From the NCBI GenBank assembly GCA_902489795.1, contig CABUBU010000004.1, positions 817 through 64,816 on the forward strand: 64,000 bases of DNA, read 5' to 3'. Each line of letters opens with the position of its first letter. Position 1 is the first letter of the stretch. Below the pieces are notes generated by a model, which saw nothing but the letters and a program-made list of their open reading frames with translations, was not told the DNA's origin and ran no database searches. This document shows positions 37,634 through 46,300 of this stretch, piece after piece. This DNA comes from an uncultured Azospirillum sp. Its GTDB lineage: Bacteria > Pseudomonadota > Alphaproteobacteria > RF32 > CAG-239. Made by a program: the position numbers and the translations under genes.

Positions 37634-37663
37634 GAAAAGCCGTTGACTGCTCAACGGCTTTTC
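37634..37663 (-). terminator. intrinsic terminator inside the leader upstream of the fibre genes
   Basis: Minus strand GAAAAGCCGTTGA-gcag-TCAACGGCTTTTC followed by TTTAT. Confidence 0.6.
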
Positions 37664-37679
37664 CCACAAAAGTTTGTTC

Positions 37680-37758
37680 TTATAGTGATTTGGAAAGGTC
37701 TATAACTAACATTTTTAACTTTCTCCTAGATTGTATTAAAAATATATCCCTTTGTCAA
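37680..37758 (-). promoter_or_regulatory. consensus-like sigma70 promoter + RBS + 10-codon mini-ORF
   Basis: Minus strand TTGACA (37758-37753), 17 nt, TACAAT (37735-37730). AGGAGAAAG RBS. ATG at 37712, encoding MLVIDLSKSL, stop at 37680-37682. The terminator follows immediately. Confidence 0.5.
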
Positions 37759-37778
37759 CATGTAATTTCTTGTAATGC

Positions 37779-38040
37779 AAAAGGAGAACCGTTGCCGGCT
37801 CTCCTTCCCTCCTATCGTCTAATCGACAGGAAAATTCGGATTTTCCGAATGATAATAATAAACTTTATTATCATAACTTTCCTTTCAGCCTTATCGGCGG
37901 TTGGGAAAGGGAAAACCCAATACCTATTGACTTTTTACACCAAATAGGCTATCTTTAACTCATGGAAGGTTAAAGAATGGGTTTAACCCTTTCCGAATTA
38001 AAGAATCGTCCGGTGTTCCAGCACCGGACTTTTTCTTTAT
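37779..38040 (+). repeat. ~260-nt prophage intergenic element, copy 1 (copy 2 at 51590-51853)
   Basis: Shared order with copy 2: GGAGA..TCTCC hairpin with a minus-strand T-run; AATGAT(G)ATAATAA hairpin; TTGACT-17 nt-TATC(T/C)T promoter; CCTTTCC; CCGGTGTTCC(A/C)GCACCGG + CTTTT(T)CTTTAT terminator. Confidence 0.6.
37962..38036 (+). ncRNA. predicted ~75-nt small RNA (copy 1), antisense to the late transcript
   Basis: Promoter TTGACT (37927-37932), 17 nt, TATCTT (37950-37955). Internal hairpin GGAAGGTTAAA/TTTAACCCTTTCC. Terminator hairpin 38010-38027 plus T-run. The TSS position is inferred. Confidence 0.4.
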
Positions 38041-38060
38041 AGCCTAAGCCTTATATGCTG

Positions 38061-38621
38061 TCAATCGGCTTTCGCTAATGCTTCTTTTTTCGCAAACCAG
38101 CGGTCGGACTTCTCCTTTGTGTTCACCGACCACAGCCAGACAAAACGTTCGGCAAACGCCGCCACCGCCAACCGGTCACTAAGAAAAATACAATTCTCAC
38201 TGTTTTTGACGGTAGCCGGTTCCGTCCAGTTATAGCTCCCCGTCACCGCCGTTCGTCCGTCAAATACCGCAAATTTGTTGTGCTCAATCTTATGTTTCGA
38301 GTGCACCCGGATATTAACCCCGGCCCGGTAAAGCTCCCACACCTTGGAACTTCTGCCGGCCGCCTGCAAACGGTCGGTCAGGATCCGCACTTTCACCCCG
38401 CGGCGGTCAGCCTCTTTCAAAGCCTCCACAATATCCACATTGTTCAGCGAATAGACGGCAACGTCAATTTTCCGGCGGCTGCCGTTGATCATCTTAACAA
38501 TGCTTTCCTCACAGGCATTTGAGGGCGAAAAATACACCTCAACACTCCCGGCCGGCTGAAAGCCCGCCGCCAGCACCGCCCCACAGAGAAAAACACAAAT
38601 AAGAATTGACAGCTTTCGCAT
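38061..38621 (-). CDS. secreted PLD-superfamily endonuclease (Nuc of pKM101-like)
   Basis: Signal peptide MRKLSILICVFLCGAVLAAG. Single HKD motif HNKFAVFDGRTAVTGSYNWT. ~185 aa mature size and KNSEN motif as in periplasmic Nuc. ATG at 38621. Confidence 0.75.
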   Translation of the reverse strand: MRKLSILICVFLCGAVLAAGFQPAGSVEVYFSPSNACEESIVKMINGSRRKIDVAVYSLNNVDIVEALKEADRRGVKVRILTDRLQAAGRSSKVWELYRAGVNIRVHSKHKIEHNKFAVFDGRTAVTGSYNWTEPATVKNSENCIFLSDRLAVAAFAERFVWLWSVNTKEKSDRWFAKKEALAKAD

Positions 38622-38725
38622 AATACAACCTTTCGATTGTATTTTTACACAAATAATACTTCTCGTCAACAACAAAGGGCTGCATTTTTACAAATACAGC
38701 CCTTTTGAATTGCAAACAATAATTA

Positions 38726-39382
38726 TCAGACAATCAAATTACTTTTTTTTAACCTCTCCTCCAATTCTAACATCAAATTTGTCCCGAAAAAGGCACGCCA
38801 GCTTCTCATCTTTTCAATAACTTGCGCTTCTTCTTCCGACAACTGATAATCCTTTCGGCTCCGGTTTTCTTCATCCAAAACCTTACGAACAGCATTTTTA
38901 TATATAGAACCAAAACTGTCTTCGCCGGCAGGCTTTATAGTTTTCCTGCCAACCGCCTTAACTTTACAGCCGGCCATTTCTTCACGAACAGCCACCGCTA
39001 CGCACTTCTTGACCATTTCACCAATCGCTTCCATGTCAACAGTTACCATTTTGGAAATAGTTCCATAACCTCCTGTCTTGCGAATTGAGGGAAGCACTTC
39101 ATGAGTAACCCATCTCTTAAACCTTTTGGCTTCCTGTTTACGGGAATCCAATGTAATATTATATAATCCAAATTCATTAACGATATTAGCCTTTCCCTGA
39201 CGACCTATTTTTAACATAGACCGCTCATCATCATCTAATTTTTGAACAGCCTGAGTTGTGTTTTTTATTTCTAAAACTTTACAAACATCACAGGCAACAA
39301 ACCAAGGCTCTCCGTCTAACAAAATTGTTCTTATTTGATTTTTGTTGAAATTAAAAACTGAAATTTCGGCACTGTTACTCAT
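38726..39382 (-). CDS. Bro-N domain protein (phage antirepressor-like)
   Basis: ISVFNFNKNQIRTILLDGEPWFVACDVCKVLEI ... NEFGLYNITLDSRKQEAKRFKRWVTHEVLPSIRKTGGY is a classic Bro-N pattern. ATG at 39382. Confidence 0.75.
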   Translation of the reverse strand: MSNSAEISVFNFNKNQIRTILLDGEPWFVACDVCKVLEIKNTTQAVQKLDDDERSMLKIGRQGKANIVNEFGLYNITLDSRKQEAKRFKRWVTHEVLPSIRKTGGYGTISKMVTVDMEAIGEMVKKCVAVAVREEMAGCKVKAVGRKTIKPAGEDSFGSIYKNAVRKVLDEENRSRKDYQLSEEEAQVIEKMRSWRAFFGTNLMLELEERLKKSNLIV

Positions 39383-39494
39383 GGTGACTGCCCTCCAACA
39401 GTTCAACCACTTCCTTCAATTTGGCCAGCACAAAATTCAAGGTGCTTTTCAGCGCCTCGTTTTCAACTTCCAACTCTTTATTTGATTTTTCCAT
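39375..39494 (-). CDS. 39-aa coiled-coil peptide
   Basis: Hand-translated MEKSNKELEVENEALKSTLNFVLAKLKEVVELLEGSHHE. The stop overlaps the Bro-N start. Confidence 0.3.
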   Translation of the reverse strand: MEKSNKELEVENEALKSTLNFVLAKLKEVVELLEGSHHE

Positions 39495-39559
39495 CGCTTA
39501 AAATCCTTATGAGAATATAGGCGATGTGGATGCTCATAACCAGTAAGCGAACTGGCGTG

Positions 39560-39709
39560 CTTATTCAATATATTCGCAACCATCCACACCATATTTAAAA
39601 TTAAAAAATACCGAAACTTTCGGGCGGCTTCCGTCGCTTAATACAACCTTATGAGGGGTTGAAGCTTCCGCTTGTTTATAATAATAAACAGAAATATATG
39701 GGTTGTCAA
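39560..39709 (-). promoter_or_regulatory. consensus-like sigma70 promoter + short leader with weak terminator upstream of the Bro-N/PLD block
   Basis: Minus strand TTGACA (39709-39704), 17 nt, TATTAT (39686-39681). Leader contains the direct repeat CGGAAGC x2 and CCGAAA-gt-TTCGG followed by TATTTTTTAATTTT. Confidence 0.45.
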
Positions 39710-40245
39710 TATTCATTCGACTGAAGCAAAACTTTCATATCTTTAATATCTTCAATCTTTAACAAAATATCTACATTATCAATTTTTTTCTCCTTAACAA
39801 TATCACAAAGTTTTTTAAAATCATCAAAAGTAGAAAACATTCTACATCTGTCTAAAGAAAGCCTTGCCCGATATGGAGGAAATACATTGAGTCGATAATT
39901 AATTGATATTACTTTTGCAAGTTCTTTACCTTCAAAAGTATTTCCATGAACTTTATTTATTTCACGTACAATATCCCAATCTGTATCATATATCATCTCT
40001 GCAAGTTCATAAACATCTTTCAATTTCTCCATACTACATTCCAGATTTTTATATTCCTGAATACAACGGGAAAATCCCTTATCGGTATCTTCACCAGAAA
40101 GGTAAGAGCCATAAAGACTATCTGTTTTTAACATGCCTAAACATTTTCCGCCTATTTTTCCACATAAATCACTGCTAGCGGCCATAACCGAAGATGAAAG
40201 GAAAAACACACCCCAAACGACTAAAAAACAAAGAATCTTTCTCAT
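39706..40245 (-). CDS. secreted hypothetical protein (179 aa), AT-rich moron
   Basis: Sec-type signal MRKILCFLVVWGVFFLSSSVMA. Markedly AT-rich codons versus neighbouring phage genes. No family recognised. Confidence 0.55.
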   Translation of the reverse strand: MRKILCFLVVWGVFFLSSSVMAASSDLCGKIGGKCLGMLKTDSLYGSYLSGEDTDKGFSRCIQEYKNLECSMEKLKDVYELAEMIYDTDWDIVREINKVHGNTFEGKELAKVISINYRLNVFPPYRARLSLDRCRMFSTFDDFKKLCDIVKEKKIDNVDILLKIEDIKDMKVLLQSNEY

Positions 40246-40305
40246 ATCACCACTCCTTAATACAATAAACTAATAATATACAACCAAAATTAATTATCAA
40301 TAATT

Positions 40306-43300
40306 TTATTCATCCTCAAAGTCCCGCAAGGCATACGGCGACCAGCCGAGCCACAGCATAATTTCCTTGCCCGGTTCTCCGGCTTTGGCATAATCGCCGA
40401 AATTGTTGACAACGTCCTGCACATATTTCAGCGGCAGCCCCGTCAATTCACCCAAGGTCTTAACCGCTTTCAGCACATCTTCCGCTTCCAAATCCTCATC
40501 GGCAAATTTCAATACCATATTTTTAAAGTCTTCCAAACTTCCCCAAAACGGCACCAATTCCCGCACCGACATTCTGGCTTGATACATTCCGCCCTGGCCG
40601 GTCAGTGTATTATAAACATTTTCCAACACTTTATTTATAAGGAACCATCCGTTTAATGATCCCAGCGCGGCCGCCCTCATCTGGCTGTCGTCATCCCAGC
40701 GAAAACTGTCAGCGACAAACTGGAAAAACATCGGCAACAAAAAATGATAGATAAACAGCATTTTCGCAACCTGTTTTTTGCTCATCCGTCCGCTCAACAA
40801 TCCGTTAACAGCCATTATTTCTTTGCGTAGATACTGGTTTTGCGAACTCGTAAACATTGTAAACGCCCGCCACATCGCGTTGCTTTGCATATAGCTCTGC
40901 TGGCTCAGGCGGCCGGATTGCTGCGTTTCGTCCGTCACCCTCTCAAATGTATCCAAGGCCTTTTGCTTTGCCTCAGTTTCACTCATCCCCGCTTTCAGGT
41001 TCTTTTTCAGTTCCGATTTATAAAGCGCCCAACCGCCCATATAAATCGCACCACGGTCACCAAACTTAATATTAGCCATCAAAAAATCATTCCATTTGAA
41101 TTTACCTTTGGCTTTTTTCATATTCTTAAACATTTCCGATTTTGACATCACTTCAAAATCGCGAATAATATTGACATCCCGGCTTTTCATCAGGGTTGTG
41201 TTGCCCAAAATCTCCATAGCTTCCTTGGGATGAAGGAAGAAATCGGCAACGCCTTTGATAAAATCAGTTGTCGATACATTCTCCCAATAAGCCGGAAATG
41301 ATGTTAATTGCTTAATGGCCAGCGCCGGCTTCAAACCCAGCACGGATTTGGCATACCGCGCCCGCACCTTGGACAAAGCGCTCCAAACATCTTTCTTTTC
41401 CCCGTTGTTGGCAAAGTTCCCAATCTCATAGCGGATTCTCTCATTCATCTTTGCGCCGAAAACATTATCGATAATCGCCTTGATCTTTTTATCGCCAAAA
41501 ACGGCGTTAATATCCAGCAAGGCATCGGCAAACCCCATATAATGGTTAAGATCCTGCACATATTTATGCAAAGCGGCAAAGGCTCCTCGAAAGTTGATGG
41601 TTGCGCTGCCAGCCTGCGCCACACGCTGCTTGGCGCCCGAAAAGCTGGCATAAGCTCTTGGTGTTCCGTCATCAACATTCACACCGTTTCTGGTCATCGA
41701 GCGCGGCGAGTAAAACTTATTATGTGTCAGGCTGATGCCAAAATGATCTTCATAAAATTGGTTAAACCGCTCATAGTTTTCATTATAGAACTCAAACAAA
41801 GCCTTTGCTACCGCAATATCATCCTCCGTCAGTTCCTCATTCACCCGCCGCAAAAACTCCTCGTTATACTGGTTGATCGGATCTGCTGCCATAATTTCCC
41901 GAGTATCTTTGTCTTGTGCTTTCATATAAACATCAATTAACTGATCTTTGCTGAACTCCTTGCGCATCAAAATCGGCCTAACCGGAAGTCCGCGCTTGCC
42001 GATGTTCTCGTTACCAACCCATTCGATCATTGTTTTCTGATCAAGTTCTTTGTCCATATAACGGCTAACGCTGATAGCCTTGTTGGCGCTTCCTTTTAAT
42101 GCGTTCATCAGCTTTTCCGAAACATTGTCGCCATCTTTGATAATCCCGGCATACATTTTCTGCTCGGCGTTGAATATGTCCATATTCTGGCTGAGCTTGC
42201 TGTTGGAGCTTTTAGAAGCTTTATCGTTTCGCGACAAAACATCCATCAGCCCGCCCCACGAAAGCTGTCCACGTTCCGCACCTCCAAGCATTTTCCACGC
42301 CTTGTCTTTCCAGCCTTTTTTCTCATCCCGCCAGTTAATTCGGCCGCCGCCGGTCAAAACTTCTTCGGCTTCGGCAATCAGTCGCGCTTTTCTCTCCTTT
42401 CTGATTTCTCCGGTTATCATTGCGGACAAACGACCTGCATTGTAGCTGTCAGACAACCCTTCATAAACTTCCAAAAGCGCCCGGTCGCTTATTTTTCCGG
42501 TTGCCAGACCCAGCAGTTTGTTTTCAAAGACAAGCTTTTCAACATCAATATCGCCGCCTTCGCGCATAAATTCTTCAATCAGTTTGGCGTTTTCCTGCTG
42601 CTGTTCTTTGGCCGCATCCTTGTCCATCGCCACCAGTTCACGGAAACGGTCAAAAGCGTCGTTCAATTTTTTGTCCGGGAAACGTCCGACCAACTTGCCG
42701 TTTTGCGTCCGCGGCTTTGTCCAAGTCAAAAGTCTCTCTATCCTTGAGCGCATATTTTCTCGGTCAAAAACCAGATTTTCAAGCTGACGGCGATACAAAT
42801 TATAATCATATTCACTCAATTTCTCTTTGTTAATATTTGGCGATACAGCAAAATCTTTCAGCTTTTGCTTAAAATCCACAGCGCTGACTTCATTGCTTTT
42901 CATTTGCTCAATCAGGCTTTGCATTTCCGCCTTGCTGATTTTGCCTTCATGCAGCAGTTCCATCGCTTTATTAATGTCCCAGTTAGAAATAAAACCGCGT
43001 TGCAGGCGGTTTTCCATATTTACTGTACTCTGCTGCATGGCAAAATCAATTTTTCTGCCGCCCAGCATATCATCAAAGGTTTTGCGAATCTCATCATCTA
43101 ATTTAACATACTCCAAGCGTTTAACTTCATTATAAAGATTACGCAGCCAACTCTTAAAACGACGAAACACTTTTTTCAAAAGCGCATTAGGCGAACGCCC
43201 TTCCAGCAAATAAGCTTCAAAGGAATCGGCAAAATACTCATGCTGCTCTCTTGTCAGATTTCCATCCGTTGAACCGACATAACGATATATTGCCTGCAAC

Positions 43301-46300
43301 TGTGCCGCCGTTTCCGGGTTATCGGCAAAACGCCGCATATCGTCCAAAAAGAAATGCCCCAACTCATGAACGACGGTTGAGGCATCGGCGGTTTGAAAAA
43401 GTTTTATAATTGCTTCCCCGGTATCCGGTCGCCGGGTAAAACTCCCTCGCGGATTATCTTCTCCCTGCCCCCGCACCGGCGTAACCTCAAGGTTCAGCTC
43501 TCCGTCACTCGGCATTCCCAACTGATAAAACTTGTCAATTACCTGTATATCGTCAGGATTAAAGATCACAAAACACCGTCCGTCTTGCTCTCCGACATAG
43601 GTTATGCCTTTAATTCCATATTTTTCCAGTAACTGAGAGGAGGCTTTGTCCGAGCCTAAAATATTTGATATTTTCCGATAAACATCTCGACCGGTTATTT
43701 TTTGTAAACTAGAACCAGCGGCAAATTTTGCCGTAAAACCATACTTTTCAACAATTTTTTCTTCCAGATTTTTTAGCTTTTCTTTCACAAAATCGCTTTG
43801 TTCACTGAAAGTTTTTTGTTCATCAAGCAAATACGGATTTTCAGGTATATCAACCTCGTGCACTTGCCCCTTAGGTAATTTCGACAAATCAGAATCTTTA
43901 ATTTCCTGAATAGCCTTTTTAACATTTTCACTGTTATATCTGTAATCAAGATTAGAGAAGAAATCCTTTGTTGCTTGATTTTCGCTGATTATATCGGAAT
44001 ATAATGCTGGGTATTCCTCTATCTTATTTTCAATTTCATCGATTTGTTTTATTTTTTCTTTTTTCTCCTGTCTAATTTTATCCAGCTCTGCATCAGCGCC
44101 TTCCTTTTTGTATCCCCATTCATCATAATAGCTATCACTTTTTTTATCTAAATTTCTTATTTCGTCTTGAATAGCATAAATTTCAGAATAGAGATTTGTA
44201 CGTTCCTTTTGAATGTCTAATATGTTATTCAGCTTTTTTATAAAAAAGTCTTTTCCCTTTTCATTAACAGCCAAAAGTCTCATATATTCACCATTAGACA
44301 TGTCTGCCGGTTTCGATTCTGCTATGAATTTCTTACGATAATGTTCTGCAACATCTTTATCCAAAGCATAATAAAGCCCCCAGCCGTGCGACTGCGCTCC
44401 TTCACCAGTACCGATTGCCTCCAAACTCGGCCGGTCATAATCAACACGGCTGCCGGCATACGCTATCTGATACAAAGTATCATTGACATTGCCCGCATTT
44501 TGTGTTACATTATCATTATAAGCGGTTTCCGCTTTAAGGCTCTCCGAGAGCCCGCCTTGTACGGCGGTGTCTATGGAGGTACTAAGCCCCTTATCCCCCG
44601 GATTTGTAGCCGGATCGGTGCGAGGGGCTTTTTCATTTACCTGTGCATCCCAAAAGAAATTGCCGTTGTTGTCTTCCTTAACCGTTAAATGGACATTATA
44701 AGTATCATTGTCAATGTTTATCGGCAAATCAGCCTTCCAATAAGCGACAATATTACTTTCCGTTTCCGGGGTATAGGTATTTTCACTGACAAAATTTGCC
44801 CTTTCCAACAATTCGGGAACATAAGGAACGATCAACCTTTTGTTTTTGTCGGCAAAAAAGCTCTTATATTTTTTGATTGACGAAGTCCTGATTTCAATCT
44901 CACCGTTTAAGGACTGATTAAAAATTTTCTTCCCTTTGAACGACTTTAAGATTTCCAGCATCTTGAGCTTGTAATCATCTTCGGAAAGCCCACCCATCTC
45001 TTCCCGAGAATCAATAGTCAGTTTTACATCGTTCCCATTAGCAACAACCTGCCCTTGATAATAAATGTTGTCGGACGCCGGATCAAACGTCCCGCGGTTA
45101 TAAACGGATTTTATCTGGTTGGGATTAAAGACGATATAGTCGGTTGAACGAACATTTGATATATCAACAGTATCATTCACATCTTTTATGATAACTCCAT
45201 CATATCCATTCCTTTTGGCGTATTCTGCCCATTCCTCTGTCGAACGTGCTTTTTCTCCTTTTACTTTGGCAAGATTAACATACCCCTCCGGATCTTCTTT
45301 TGCGTTTTCTGTATAATATTCTTTCGCCTCTTCAAAACTATCGAAACCAAGTGTCACCAAATATTTTATATCATCATCAGTCAATTCGGAATATTTCTTT
45401 TTGTTACCTTCCGCATTATATATTTTTTCGAAAGACTGCCCATAGGCGTCAATGACAAGAGGATTCCTCATCAACAGATAGACCTGCATAGGATTTTTAG
45501 AACCATAAGCACCCGCTACATCAATGCTATCCGAAAAGAAGTAACGCTTTCCCTTAAAAACATCAAACTCCGCGCTCGTCCCATGAAACCCCTCAACCAC
45601 AACAGGTTTTCCGGTCTGAAAATCATAATTTCGGGCGGCCGAAGGTGCAACAACATCAACGCTGCCGCTCCACCGCTTAAATTCCGGCGTGTCAATATCC
45701 GCTTTGCCATCAACACCGTATGCTTTTTGAGGTAATTGATACAAAGTATCGTTGACATTATTGTCCAGAACTGATATAATATCAGACATACTCCGACTAG
45801 AGAGCAGTCCCTTTTGGGTAGTGGATGCCGTTTGCATCGCTCTAGCGGAGTTATTTTTTATCCAGTTGTCAATATTAGCGTCCGTATCTTTAAAAGCCGT
45901 TGTAACAATATTGCGCCCGCTTTTCATATGCTCAAAAACAACGCCGTACTTTCCATTGGGAGTAGCCACTTTCATCAATACAGATTGTCCATCAAATCTT
46001 TTTTTGGAGGAAAGTGCCGCGCTTTCAATATTATCTATATTTGAAGCGACTTCTGTCCATTCTTTAGCTGTCAACGAGTGTTTTTTATCGTGTAAAACCG
46101 TATCTCGAGGAATATCAAAATTAACCCCACTGTTTGATAAATTGGCAAAATATCTTGCGCTTGTATCTTCTGGATTGTTAAAAATATCATTAACAAAATT
46201 CTCTAAAGTATCAAACTTACTTTTATACATTGACTGTTCAAAGTTTCCGTTTCCTTCTCTTTCTGCCAGATAAACGGCGCTTCCTTGTTCGCCGTCTTCA

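Noticed and set aside
37690-37947. 85-aa plus-strand ORF in the fibre-upstream intergenic region
   Set aside because: It runs through the promoter/mini-ORF/terminator cassette and the repeated element. It is hydrophobic low-complexity with no RBS, and it is not conserved in the second copy of the element.
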